The notes under the pieces were generated by a model. The model had not been told where the DNA came from, made no database searches, and saw nothing but the letters and a program-made list of their open reading frames with translations. This document shows, piece by piece, positions 12,941 through 28,401 of a DNA stretch of 64,000 bases. The number at the start of each line of letters is the position of its first letter. The first letter of the stretch is position 1. This stretch comes from Octopus vulgaris (lineage: Eukaryota), in NCBI GenBank assembly GCA_951406725.2, contig OX597821.1, positions 68,386,001 to 68,450,000 of the forward strand. Reading direction: 5' to 3'. The position numbers and the translations under genes were made by a program.

Positions 12941-13579
12941 TATTATTCTTTCTATAGTGTTAAGAGTAACAAACTTGCGCGTCGAACAGAATGCTGAGCA
13001 AGATTTCTTCTGGTTCTTTACGTTCTGGGATCAAATCCTACCAAGGTCAAATTTGCCTTTGTGGACTCGATGTAATAAGGTACCAGTGATTCACCAGAAT
13101 CTATGCAATCAACTACTCAACTCCCTCAAAATTGCTGGCTTTGTGTCAAAATTGAAACAAATTGTTATCATGCTGTTGTTGTTTGGCACTAGGTCAGTCC
13201 TGACTGGGCAGTATTATGGTCCAACGGGCTGTAGCTGTGACTATCTTATTTATTGTCCACTACATTCTCACAATGGGTATTTCCTTCTTTATGATGACTG
13301 GACGTGACACGAAAGAGATTTGACTGACTGTTAAATCTAGCAGAGCAGGTCAAGAGACCAATACAGTCTACCTTATTGGATTTCTGGTGAATACTTAATC
13401 GATCTCGGAGCGAATTGAATATATAATCGAACCCTCTGAACCGCCAAACATGTTTTTTTCTTACCGACTTTTCTACAGCTCGTAACTTTGAAATAGACTA
13501 TGTAAGACAAATTGATTTCAACTGAGACTCGAAACTGGACTCATGTCGGCTGATTGAGGCACAAATATGACTCACGTGT

Positions 13580-13805
13580 CCTTTTTTTATCTTCTGCTAG
13601 TTACTGTCATTGGACTGTTGACATGATGGGTACCATCTTGAAGAATTTGGTTGAACAAATCTACTCCAGGACTTATTTTCTTTTTTTAAGTCTCGTACTT
13701 ATTCTGTCAGACTCTTTTCCCGAACCGCTAGGTTACAAAGACATAAACAAATAACACCAGATGTCAAGCAGTGGTGGGGAATAAACACAGCACAAACACA
13801 AAGTA

Positions 13806-13836
<31 letters not shown>

Positions 13837-14080
13837 CACACACACATACATACATACATACATACATACATACATACATACATACATACATACATACATA
13901 CATACAAACAGATAGACACGCATACACGTGACGAGCTTCTAGTTAAGGTTTCCCAAATTCACTCACAAGACTTTGGTCAGCTGAGGGCTATAGCAGAAGA
14001 CACTTGTCCTAGGTGCCACGCTCTGAGACTGAACCCAAGATTACATGGTTAGGAAACAAACTTCTGAACCACACAGCTAC
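13580..14080 (-). mobile_element. SINE family B (internal microsatellite), diverged
   Basis: Reverse-complement match to family B consensus. Confidence 0.75.
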
Positions 14081-14322
14081 CCCTATAGAGATATTTCAAA
14101 GGAAATATGTCTTTTAATGTGCATATATATCTGTCAGTGTCTATGAATGCATATTTGTATATTTTCCCGCTTTTATCTACGAGCGTGTACTAAATGATGG
14201 TGGATGAGATTTCAGTTATTCAATCAACAGAATTACCTTTTTCTTGATTTCTGTGTAAGTGGCTGAGTATTCCGAAGAGACGTGTACTCTTTACAGAAGT
14301 TATAAGTAGAATCAGCGTGATA

Positions 14323-15604
14323 CGAGGGACGTTCAATAAGTAATGCCTCTGACCCACTTGCAGTTGTTTGAAATTTTGCATGTGCAATTATTTATATCTC
14401 TATAGAGTAAGTGGCAAATTACAGCTCTGAATTAATTGTGGTTTCTGATTTACAGGTGTTTGAACCGAGTCAAGTGTGAAATGGAGCCTGTTGAGTGTCG
14501 AGCAGTGATCCGGTTTTTGTATTTGAAAGGACGCACACCACGGGAGACTTTTGATGAAATGAAAGTAACTTATGGTGATGATGCCCCATCATATGACCTT
14601 GTAAAACGCTGGCATCGTGAATTCAAACATGGTCGGAACTCTGTGGAAACAGCTCCCAGATCTGGTCGCCCCCTTCTGCCATTGATGAGGCATCTGTCCG
14701 TCAAGTTGAGGCTGCCATTTTGGAAGATCGACGCATAACTATTCGCCAAATAGCCCATGAGGTCAAGATTAGTACCGGGTCTGTGGAAACTATCATTCAT
14801 GACCATTTGCATATGCAAAAGGTGTCTGCCAGATGGATTCCCAGGTTGTTCACGCCTTTCCAGAAGCAAGAACGCGTCGAGTGCTCGAGGGTGAATTTGG
14901 AGATGTGCCAAGAAGATGAGTCAAAATTTTTCAAAAGACTGATTACACAGGATGAAACCTGGGTCCATCACGATGATTCAGAGACCAAAGCCCAGTCAAT
15001 GCAGTGGAAGCACCGTGACCCACCCCCTCCAAAGAAGGCAAGGGTGCAGCCCTCCGCTGGCAAGGTCATGCTCACAGTCTTCTGAGACCAGGACGGAGTA
15101 GAGATGACAGATTTCCTGGCAAAGGGTACCACAATTGCAGGAGCCTATTATGCTTCACTTTTGAGGAAATTAAGAGAAGTTATCAAAATCAAGAAGCGGG
15201 GCAAGATCAGCAAAGGCATCCTCCTCCTGCAGGACAACGCTCCGGTCCACAACTCGCTTGTCGCCAGATCAGAAGCACAGGCGTATGGCTATGAACTCCT
15301 CCCCATTCCCCCTACTTTCCTGACCTTGCACCCTCTGATTTTCACCTCTTCCCAATCATAAAGTTGTTTTTGAAAGGAAAGCGTTTCTCAGATGATGCAG
15401 CCTTGATTTCTGAAGTCACGTTGAGGTTGGAGGACCAAGCTGGGTTCTTCTGCAAAAACGGTCTCCAGAGCCGCATCAAACGATGGGAGAAATGCGTAAC
15501 TCTGGGTGGTTCCTATGTAGAAAAAGACTAATAACTGTGCCAAGTTTCGTTGCTCTACTGCTATGGGAAGTGGGTCAGGGGCATTACTTATTGAACGCCC
15601 CTCG
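14323..15604 (+). mobile_element. Full-length mariner (DD34D) transposon, inserted into a family C SINE
   Basis: TIRs CGAGGGACGTTCAATAAGTAATGCC / GGCATTACTTATTGAACGCCCCTCG, TA duplication at 14321-22 and 15605-06; flanks continue a SINE (..CAGCGTGA|TA|CAG). Confidence 0.93.
14481..15531 (+). pseudogene. Mariner transposase pseudogene
   Basis: HTH region, WIPR, ITQDETW, LLQDNAPVH, PYFPDLAPSDF, RWEKCV..GGSYVEKD*; broken by frameshifts (~14670, ~15300) and a stop (~15083). Confidence 0.9.
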
Positions 15605-15862
15605 TACAGTCTGTATATAATAGTTGTAATTTTTGGAATACAAGTACAATCTGTTCGACGGGATTCTATATAGTTTCCGGCAATCCAAATTTATTCACAA
15701 GACACAGATCGCTCCATGGCTATAGAAGATGAAATTTTATCAAAGATGCCTCGTAATGGAAACGAACCTGAGACTTCATGGTTGCGAAACGAACTTAATT
15801 CACTCGGCTATATATCTATATCTATATCTATATCTATCTATCTCTCTATCTATATATATATA

Positions 15863-15986
15863 CATATGATAATCTGGAACTCGACTGAGGAGAGAAAACT
15901 CCGAATGACCCGTCCTTGTTTTTTCTTGTCCCTTTTTTGTATCATCTGTCTGGTTGCTTTGCGTTCTTGTCTCATTTTTTGTATTC

Positions 15987-16074
<88 letters not shown>

Positions 16075-16192
16075 GATAATCTGGAACTCGACTGAGGAGA
16101 GAAAACTCGAATGACCCGTCCTTGTTTTTTCTTGTCCCTTTTTTGTATCATCTGTCTGGTTGCTTTGCGTTCTTGTCTCATTTTTTGTATTC

Positions 16193-16196
<4 letters not shown>
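15863..16196 (+). repeat. Two tandem ~127-bp units separated by (TA)n(CA)n; Penelope-type terminus
   Basis: 15863-15990 and 16070-16196 differ by one C; diverged third copy at 22180-22292. Confidence 0.85.
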
Positions 16197-16278
<82 letters not shown>

Positions 16279-16303
16279 GGACATAAATAAATATATGTAT
16301 ATA

Positions 16304-16457
16304 GGCGCAGGCGTGGCTGTGTGGTAAGTAGCTTGCTTACCAACTACATGTTTTAGGATTCAGTCCCAAGTGACTTCTACTATAGCCTCGGGCTGATCAA
16401 AGCCTTGTGAGCGGATTTGGTAGACGGAAACTGAAAGAAGCTCGTCGAATATATATA

Positions 16458-16509
<52 letters not shown>

Positions 16510-16666
16510 TTTCGCCACCCCGCCAACGGGTGTGTTTACATTCCTGTAACTTAGCGGTTCGGCAAAAGAAACCGATAGAATAAGTACATAAGTCCTGGGG
16601 TTGATTTGCTCGACTAAAGGTGATGCTCAAACATGGCCGCAGTCAAATGACTGAAACAAATAAAAG

Positions 16667-16668
<2 letters not shown>
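16304..16668 (+). mobile_element. tRNA-derived SINE family B
   Basis: GGCGCAGGCGTGGCTGTGTGGTAAGTAGCTTGC head, ..GGAAACTGAAAGAAG, internal (TG)n, tail GGCCGCAGTCAAATGACTGAAACAA. Confidence 0.85.
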
Positions 16669-16711
<43 letters not shown>

Positions 16712-16809
16712 GCATACATATATATGTAAGCACGTATGTATGCTATGTAAGTATGTATATGTACATATGTATGTGTATCTGCGTGTATGTATGTATGTGT
16801 ATCTGCGTG

Positions 16810-16885
<76 letters not shown>

Positions 16886-17588
16886 AACATACATATATAT
16901 GTATGTTAGTGTAGATATATATGTGTATATATGTATAAATAGATATATGTGTATATACATTGTGTGTGTGTGTGTGTGTGTGTGTGTTTTATACCTCTGT
17001 CAGTGATAAATACTGAGATTAATTTTCAATCAAATAACACTTTTCACTTCAACCGAGCAACACCGTCCACCGAAGCCAACATCCTTTCCACTCCCCATAG
17101 CCACGATGTGTGATTTCAGGTGAATAATCAATTAATTAATTAATATCATACATTCTGTTATTGTCATTAAATTAGGAGATTGTCTATCATGAAAAGAGGC
17201 TATATTTTATTGCTTCTGTCCGTACTCCACTGACCACAACAACGATGTCCGTATTTGTCGGCTAACATCACATTTTATGACCCACCACTAACACTGACAA
17301 CACCTACTACTGTTGCTACTACTACTGCTACTACTACTACTGCTACTACTGCTACTACTACTACTACTACTACTACTACAGTGATTACCAAAGCCACCGA
17401 CCGCCACTTACTAAATCAATACAACATTGCAGAGCAATATTTATTTCATTAACCAATTGTGGTTAATACACGTACCTTCAATATATCGGTTTTTACATTT
17501 CGTACTATTGCTGATCTGTGACAATGTTTTGCAATCTTTTGTTCGTGTAAATGTTTGATTCCCTGTTGTTTTTGTTTTAGTATCGGAG

Positions 17589-17620
<32 letters not shown>

Positions 17621-18254
17621 ATAATCATTATTATTATTATTATTATTTAACCCCAGGTGCAGGCCTGCTCTGAAAAATAGACTTACGATCAAAGGTATTC
17701 TAGCCGTAACAATCGATTGTCTTTCGCATTTTGTGTTCATATTGTATATATTTCTATGGCTTTATATGCTATATATGACCACTGCGGACACTATATTGTT
17801 CATGGTGTCCTTCTTTTGAATGCTAGAGCAAAAGTTCTCAATTATTTTGGCTCCATGGTGCATTAGAGATCAAATAGAAAAATTTAATGCCACACTTCGC
17901 ATGGAAAATTTTATTAAAAAAACTGTTTTCATGTGAAAAATTTAGAAAAAGAAACTAAAGAAGACTATTAATTATCTAGTTTTACTAATCATACTTGTAT
18001 TGGAAAAATATTATGAATAACACGTTTTTAAGATGCTTTAACAATTTAAAAGATGTGTTATTCATAAATTTGTAAATGATAGTAACTCTAGTCTGAAACT
18101 AGAATTTTATTAATCCGCGGCACAGTGTCTGAAAACCGAAGTACCCGGTTGTGATTTGAACGAAATCTGGATGCTATTTTTAACATGTCAACTTACCGCT
18201 TAGAATCTCCCCAACTGAGACGAAATATAGTTGTTTCTAATAGAGACACAGAGC

Positions 18255-18600
18255 GGGGCGGTGAGCCGGTAGAATCGTTACCGCGCCGGACAAAATGTGT
18301 AGCGGCATTCTTCCGACTTTACGTTCTAATTTCAAACGACGCCAGTGTGAACTTAGCTTGATAAGATAAGTATCATTTAAGCACTGGGGTCGATGTAATC
18401 GACTTATCTCCTTCTCGAAATTAGTGGCCTTGTGCCAAAATTTTAAGCCAATATAGACATAAGGTGGCGCACTAATAGAATCGTTACGGCGCCGGACAAA
18501 ATGCTTAGCGGTAATTCTTCCGACTTTACGTTCAGACTTAAAATTCTGACGTGGTCAACTTTACCTTTCATCCTTCCGAAATCGATAAAATAAGTACGAT
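18255..18600 (+). mobile_element. Two diverged SINE family A copies
   Basis: Head and core matches. Confidence 0.7.
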
Positions 18601-18631
18601 AAAATAACTACTCTTGGCTAACACTTTTTGA

Positions 18632-19225
18632 GTTAATACACGTACCTTCAATACAATCAAACATTTACACGAACAAAAGATTGCAAAATATTGTCACATA
18701 TCAGCAATAGTACGAAATGTAAAAACCGATATATTGAAGGTACGTGTATTAACCACAAACCCTTGGGCTTGACTCTTGGATAAAAAAAAAAACCCTGTTG
18801 GATGGTGAATTTGTTTGCATTATATAATATTCTATTGTGGGTATGTGATGTTCGTATGTTTGTGTGTTGTGGGAGTTCATCAGAGGGTGTATTTTTTCTA
18901 TGTGTGGAGTTCGTGCGTTGTATATAATCAATGTTGACGTTCAGAGAAAAAAACAATCCTTGTGGAGTTGTTGGCGGCGCGGGTGGTGGTTCCTCCTTGA
19001 AGTGTCTGAGTGTGAAATATTGCTTGTGTATATAGGGAGTAAAGGTTTCATCCCTAACATTTAAGATGTTACCAGTTGACTGTATGATATTTAGCTTTTC
19101 AGTGATAGAGAACTCACGTTTGGTACACCGTCCTCGGTATTTTCTGGCTTTAACAATGATGCTCCATGTTATTTGGGGGTTGCTTACTCCGCGTACTTTC
19201 AATGTCCATAGCATATTGGCAGGGG
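18632..19225 (-). mobile_element. Penelope-like element 3' fragment (GIY-YIG C-terminus + pLTR)
   Basis: [45 protein letters not shown] resembles the PLE endonuclease C-terminus; CTGATGA downstream; short inverted copy of the terminus at 18632-18653. Confidence 0.75.
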
Positions 19226-19227
19226 AT

Positions 19228-19236
19228 GTCGCATGT

Positions 19237-19319
<83 letters not shown>

Positions 19320-19348
19320 TAGATGGATGGATGGCTAGATAGATAGAC

Positions 19349-19394
<46 letters not shown>

Positions 19395-19417
19395 GATGAT
19401 GGATAGATAGATAGATG

Positions 19418-19505
<88 letters not shown>

Positions 19506-19547
19506 TAGATGGATAGATAGACAGATATAGATGGATAGATATAGATG

Positions 19548-19619
<72 letters not shown>

Positions 19620-19705
19620 TAGATGGATGGATGGCTAGATAGATAGATAGACAGACAGACGGACAGACAGACAGACAGAATGACAGACAGACAGACAGAC
19701 AGACA
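19228..19705. repeat. Long (GATA)n/(GACA)n microsatellite
   Basis: Directly visible. Confidence 0.95.
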
Positions 19706-19714
19706 TATTGTCCG

Positions 19715-20306
19715 GAAATTTCATTACGGTTTATCAAGTGATGAGACGTGATGTAGCTAGGACACTGTATAATGAGATCTGTCGGAAGGATAACAACGAG
19801 GACAAAGAAATAAGAAGCCACAGTATGGTAGAAGCACTAGAAGGAGTGCTATTGGAATGTTCCAGTGAAAACCTCAGTAAAATGTAAACATTATAGACTT
19901 GCCATAATGATTTGGAATAGAGAAACTGTGTACAGTTGTGGAAATCAGCTGTCCAGCAGATGTTAACATGAAACTAAAGATCAGAGAAAAAGAAAATACT
20001 TATGCTGAATTACTGAGAAAATTACTGTTACTCCATCCAGATTACATGTTCAGGTTCATTGTTGTAATTATGGGAGCACTGGGATATATAACACACTGCC
20101 TAAATACCAATCTTGAGAAATTAGGCTTCTAAAAACCAGAAAGGAGAAAGCCCATAAGAAGACTACAGTTCCAAGCCATCACTGCAACTGTAAAAATCTG
20201 TAAAACTTTCCAGAAGTTTTTCATTTAAGTATTTATGAGCATGTCTAGATATGCAAATATATGCATGAGAATACATAAATAAAACAAAACATACAAATCT
20301 GCACTT
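19715..20306 (+). mobile_element. R4-like (RLE) LINE 3' fragment ending in (CATA)n
   Basis: VEISCPADVNMKLKIREKENTYAELL..VIMGALGYITHCL..RRLQFQAITATVKICKTF; short 3' UTR abuts (TACA)n. Confidence 0.8.
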
Positions 20307-20627
20307 ATACATACATACATACATACATACACATACATACATACATGTATACATGCATACATACATACATACATACATACATACATACATACATACATAC
20401 ATACATACATACAACATACATACATACATACATACGTACATATGTTACAGGACCTTCCCAAACTAGACGCCATTATCTAAGTATTATTTAAGCCTAATTA
20501 GATAAGCTATGAAGAAAATTAAATACCAATGTAAATGATCCTCATAAACTATGAATCCACGAACACTTTCCACTTTACAAGAACGAAGGACAACTTAGAA
20601 TAAAGAATATATATGTGTGTGTGTATG

Positions 20628-20694
<67 letters not shown>

Positions 20695-21420
20695 GTATAT
20701 GTATGTATGTGTATGTGAATATATATATATATATATATGCCAGCGCTTACGTGTGTGTGTGTGTCTGTGTGTTATTTTATTAAACAATACATGCAAATAT
20801 CAAGAGTACACATTTGTTCGCATGTGTGTAAGAGAGAAAAAGAGGGAAAGAGAAAACGATGGCAAAATACGAAAGCATGCAATTAACATACAATGGCGTC
20901 TCTGAGTTGACGCGTCATTGTAATCGCCATTGAACGACATGCACTAAGCAGGAATCATCTCATACTGCAGTATTATTAACCCACCAAACAACGAAATTTG
21001 AGATCGTTTTGAATCTTATCACGTGAACAGTTCTTGTCTTGTTCCCTTTGCGTTTAGATTTTATTTCAACGCGATGACATCATGGAATGTCTTCCATAAT
21101 ATAACATAATGCTGAGTGGTTATGACATTTCTTCGAAATCACTTAGGATAATTTTATAGACCACATGTTCAATTTACTTTCCGCTCTTTGCATACAACAT
21201 TGAATTTTATTGCTACGTTAGTGTTAACATATTTAATACATGGAACATTAAAAAGACTAACTAGAAATAAATATATGAAATTCAAGAAACAACAACATTC
21301 TCCAGTAACTGATACTATCTTCACTGTTTTGTCACTGTTTTCCTTAAAGTGTAGGAGACAATTCTTGGCATGTTTCAGGATTTTTCTAACCTTCCCAGTG
21401 TAGAATAAACTTTACTGTTC

Positions 21421-21620
21421 TTAACTACTCTGCGCGCGTAAGCGAAAGCAAAGTATTGTAGTCGCTCATCTTTCTCTGTTTGTCTGTGTGTTAGCAAAAT
21501 TACTGGAAAACAGCTGACCGGATTTTAACCAAATTTGGCAGAAATATTCAGTGGGTGAGTGGCTCGAACTAATTAAGTTTCAGTTTGATTATCTTCAAAA
21601 CTGGTGGACGGGTGAATAAA
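21421..21620 (+). mobile_element. Helentron-associated (HINE/DINE-like) non-autonomous fragment
   Basis: TT start, GC-rich GCGCGCGTAAGCGAAAGC, then TGTTTGTCTGTGTGTTAGC..ACCGGATTTTAACCAAATTTGGC typical of such elements. Confidence 0.5.
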
Positions 21621-21716
21621 AATTTATTTTTTCTTTTGTTTACATATATATAAACAATAAACAGGGGAAATAACTCTTGATGTCATTTTATTGAACTATG
21701 AAAATATTATTTTCCT

Positions 21717-22286
21717 TGTTTCAGTCATTTGACTGCAGCCGTGCTGGAGCACTGCCTTTAGTCGAGCAAATCTACCCCTGGACTTATTCTTTGTAAGTCT
21801 AGTACTTATTCTATCGGTCTTTTTTACCGAACCGCTAATTTACGGGGATGTAAACACACCAGCATCGGTTGTTAAGCTACGTTCGCGGGGACAAACACAG
21901 ACACACACATATGTATATACCATCCGTACAACATGTATATTCCTCACCATGCTTGTCATCTCCTATGTCCCTGCCATAAGGCTTCACATCCATACACGCC
22001 AGCTTAATTTAATTCGTCCTTTGTCGAAAGACACCTTTTGTTATGTCCTGTTATTTGCATTTGAATTTGTGTACCACTTCTCCGGGGTTTTTTTCATTGT
22101 TTTCGTATACATTCGCTGCTTTCTTAGCTTAGTTTTTCCTTGCAGCAATCTCGAGTATTACTAGCCGAAATTGCAAAGATAAGACTAAGGAAAGAAAACT
22201 TCGAATGACCCGTCCGTGTTTTTTCTTGTCCCTTTTTTGTATCATCTAGCTGCCTGGATGTTTTGCGTTCTTGTCCCATTTTTTGT

Positions 22287-22380
<94 letters not shown>

Positions 22381-22779
22381 GTATATATATATATACTAGC
22401 AGTATCGCCCGGCGTTGCTCAGGTTTGAGCAACTATAAAGCATTTTTAGAGAGTTATAGCCAAAAAATAGCAAAAAAATGAAAAAAAATGATGGTAAATT
22501 TTTTTTGAGAGTAAAAAAGGTGGAGTTGCGTCCCCTAGACAGTTTGCGGTTTGTGTTTCTGATTCTCGACCCCATGTCGAATTTATCGATTTTTTTATAG
22601 AACTGGGGGAACTTTTCAAAATTTTCGCTGCGTTAGTTTTGAATTATGACATTGGGCTATGTGTGTGTCAAGTTTCATCAGAATCGGTTGAAAGCCGTGG
22701 TCGGGGTGAGGGTACAAGCAAACAGACACACAGAAACACGCACAGACAAACTGCCGTTTATATATAGAGAGATAATATG

Positions 22780-22813
<34 letters not shown>

Positions 22814-22976
22814 GACGGGCTTCTTTCAGTTTCCATCTACCAAATTCACTCACAAGGCTTTGGTCGGCCCGAGGCTATAGTAGAAGACACTTGCGCAAGG
22901 TGCCACGCAGTGGGACTGAACCCGGAACCATGTGGTTGGTAAGCAAGCTACTTACCACACAGCCACTCCTGCACCT
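21717..22976 (-). mobile_element. SINE family B split at its internal microsatellite by nested insertions
   Basis: Tail half at 21717-21910, head half at 22811-22976. Confidence 0.75.
22396..22772 (-). mobile_element. Non-autonomous Helitron
   Basis: Minus strand starts TC(TCTCTATATAT), ends with hairpin CCTGAGCAACGCCGGG then CTAG; inserted between A and T with no TSD; internal AAGTTTCATCAGAATCGGTTG. Confidence 0.75.
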
Positions 22977-23125
22977 ATATATTTATTAAATTAAATGTTA
23001 TTTTATCCTTGTGTGCGCGCAGTGTATGCATCGCCCCTCCTATGCCTTTTTTGTTTTTTTTTATCTTATAGTTAATTTACTTCCATAAACGTCCTCATTT
23101 CATTTGTAAGGACGCATGGCCTAAT

Positions 23126-23875
<750 letters not shown>

Positions 23876-24832
23876 TTCGGCTGGAGGATCTTCGAGTAGA
23901 CGATCTCCCAGCATCGAATATACACATTGCTGGCGATATTAAAATATGCATAATTATAGTTTTACGGTGATGTTACAGTTGTTAGATGGCAACAAACGGC
24001 TTATAAATGTTAAGATCTTTATAACGTGTAGAAAAAAGGAATATTAAATGTGTAAATTCTGTACACCTCCTTCTTTATTCTTTGATTTATATTTCAAACT
24101 TTTAAACCTGCTCCAACTTTATCTAGAAAAGATTGCTTCCTGTTGGTAGCTGAAAGCCAAGGGTACACCAGGAGTTTAAAGAAACATCATGGTTTTATAA
24201 ATATAAACAAACTTTTTTCTTGCGTCGAAATGTGTATTGAATAATACAAATTAGATGATATTTTTTCCGAAAGCAGAATTGCTGTTCAAACAGCAGAAAT
24301 ACTGGGTCAATTACCATTACAAAGCGGAAAAATTCGTCAACGAATAGCCATGATTTGTGTTTATAAATTTACTTCTGTTCCACACAGCATAAATTATAAT
24401 TTTATTAATATATTATAATAAGAGATAACACAGGGGAACAATTTTGAACACAATTTCTGTTGAATGTGCTTTTTCACTTGATTCAGGTTAAAATTGACAT
24501 GCTGATTTCAAAACTACAGTCATTTGACCTCTTTTGTTATTGTTATTGTTGTTGTTGGTGGTGGTGGTGTTTTTGATAAACACGAAGTGCTGACTGGTGT
24601 CATTTAAAACATCATGAAAATGGAAATTATACAGAATCAATATATTCAGACCAAATCAAAGAAATGTTAAATTTTATGCTACATTTCGCCAATGTTTTAC
24701 TCCAAATCGGGCAAAAAAAATATGATGCAGTGAACAAAATAATGCAATTATCCCGTAAGCAATTAAACAGATTCAATTATGTGTATACACACATTCATAT
24801 ATAAATGTCCCTCAGAAATCACCTAAGGGCCA

Positions 24833-24901
<69 letters not shown>

Positions 24902-24998
24902 CAGGTAGATAGACTCATGGGTCTTTTACGCCATCAAATACTGTAAAAGCTGGGGGTCATGCAGATTAAGAAATATTTAATAGAGTTCAATCACAGAC

Positions 24999-25035
<37 letters not shown>

Positions 25036-25275
25036 GCATAAATATGCATGTTTAGTATGTATTTATAAATGAATATATGAATACACCATGCACACACATG
25101 CACGCGCACGCATTCATGGTTTCTTTTATGTAAAGTTATAGTGAAAACAATTTAAAATTAGAATGGAGAATTCCTCAATACTGATCAGTGGAGCACCTGT
25201 TTATTGAACTTTTACCACAAGAGTACTGACAGTGACTTCGAAGTTTCAGCATGCCAGCGTTCGATATATATTCTT

Positions 25276-25700
25276 TTGTTCTTTTACTTGTTTCACTCAT
25301 TTGACTGCGGTCATGCTGGAACACCGCCTTTAAAGGGTTTTAGTCGAACAAATCGATCCCAGGACTAATTCTTTCTAAACCTAGTACTTATTCTATCGGT
25401 GCCTTTGCCAAACCGCTAAATTACAGGGACGTAAACACACTAACATCGGTTGTCAAGTGATGGTGGGGAGGAATACAAACACAGACACAAAGTTACACAC
25501 ACACATAAATATATTTATATCTATATACATTTACTTATATATATACACGACGGGATTCTTTTCAGTTTCCGTCTACCAAACCTATGCACAAGACTTTGGT
25601 CGGTCCGAGGCTATAGTAGAAGACACTTGCCCAAGGTGCCACGCGAAAGGACTGAACTCGGAGCCATGTGTTTGGGAAGCAAGCTCCTTACTACACAGCC
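25276..25700 (-). mobile_element. SINE family B
   Basis: Reverse-complement match to consensus. Confidence 0.85.
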
Positions 25701-25856
25701 TGTATGTATATGTATGTGTGTGTGTGTGTATGTATGTATTATATATGTATATATATATGTATACTATATATAATACTATATATAATACTATATAATACTA
25801 TATTTGTTCCACGTCCTCGCGTTGTTGCGTTTTTTGTGTTTTCTTATTTGGATTAA

Positions 25857-26705
<849 letters not shown>

Positions 26706-26799
26706 TTTGCCTTTTATTCACCTATCTTCGAGCTCTGCGGACAGTACCGGACTGACTTGGTGCCTCAGCTTAAGTACCTAATTCAACTATATATATATA

Positions 26800-27092
26800 T
26801 AAGTGGTGAACTGTAGAATTCAGTGGTAGCACTGTCAGTTACGACGTTTCGTATACCAATATTTTAGTATAGAATAAACAATGCGATTATAGATAGAAAA
26901 GAAAATAGATAATAGGTGTATTTGCATATCTCTGGAGTTATTTCAATAACTCTTGAAATATGCATGTACACCCATTAAATATTCCTTCTTCTATCTTCCA
27001 TCGCATTGTTTCCATTAACATTTTTGTACTGGAAAAGTCGTATCTGACAGTGTTGGCTCTTAATTCTATAGAAAATGTATAGTTCATCACTT
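26800..27092. repeat. ~290-bp diverged fold-back (hairpin centred near 26943)
   Basis: AAGTGGTGAACT/AGTTCATCACTT, CACTGTCAG/CTGACAGTG, AACAATGCGAT/ATCGCATTGTT, GAGTTAT/ATAACTC. Confidence 0.75.
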
Positions 27093-27618
27093 AAAAATGA
27101 GAATATCGCAATGGTAACACAAAAAGCAAAAACGCGATGATGACTTGTAAGCCTTTAATATACTTATGGTTGAAAACGAAATACTGTGTTGCCAGAATGA
27201 GAGAGTCAACACAAACTCCCCATCTTAGTATTTTTCCGAACCAAATTTTTAAATTTCTAAATTATTTATTGAAGAAAACGGTCTTTTCATGATGTAATCA
27301 ATTTATTTGTCAATAAAAAAAAAACCGTGCCTGAAACAGATATAATGAACCTTAATTCATGTGTTCTCTCTTTATGCAAACATTTCACATGGAACCTTAC
27401 CTACGTTAGATCTGTAACTCACAGTGAACCGTGAGACTGCATGCCGGCGTGCATGATTATATAATTTCACATACATGTATATTTATATGTATGTGTATAT
27501 TTATTGCTTTATTGCCCACAGGGGGCTAAACATAGAAGGGGACAAACAAGTACAAAGGGATTAAGTCGATTGCATCGACCCCAGTGCACAACTGGTGCGT
27601 ATTTAATCGACCCCGAAA

Positions 27619-27653
<35 letters not shown>

Positions 27654-28364
27654 GGATGTCACTCGTAATCTTGGTTGACTTGGTGGTACGTACTATGATT
27701 TTCGCTAATAGTTTCATGTGCCCTTGTAGCCCTAACTCTAATCCACCACTTTTGACTCAGGGAGACATCCACGACGACGGATTTAGAGTGAAAGAGAAAG
27801 GTTAAAGGACAAATTGACCTCAAAAGATTTTAACTCTAAACGCAAAATAGAATGGATATTAGTTTCAAATTTTGGCACAAGGCCAGCAATTTTCGGGGAA
27901 GAGTAAAGACGATTACATCGACCCAGTACTCAATTGGCATTTATTTTATCGAACCTCGAAAGTACGGAGTACAAATCTAAGGAACGAGAAACATGAAACT
28001 TATTTGCAGGCAACAGTTTTGCGAGTAAATTCGTGTCAATCACCATCTAAGGATTTGGTGATACCGAATGCAGAAACACTTTTTTCTACGATATTCCTCA
28101 GGATGAAGACCTACTATTAAGTAACATGAGAGTAGATCTCAATCAGATTTGACTTCACGAAAGTCATGCTGGGGATCAGACAAGGAGAGAGAGATTATCA
28201 AAGTGTTGGAGAAGGCTGGTGTCAATGTCTGTTTCCATCTTTGGTAGTGAATATGATAGGACAATATTTTGACCGAGCCAGATGGATTCCTCTTCTGTGG
28301 AATGGGACATATTGTGGTGCGATTCCAGAGAGAGAGAGAGAGAATAAAGGCGGGAGAGAGGAGA

Positions 28365-28398
<34 letters not shown>

Positions 28399-28401
<3 letters not shown>

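Noticed and set aside
24430-24760. Possible Tc1/pogo-type MITE remnant
   Set aside because: Only a familiar internal motif (GACATGCTGATTTCAAAA); no TIRs or TSD found
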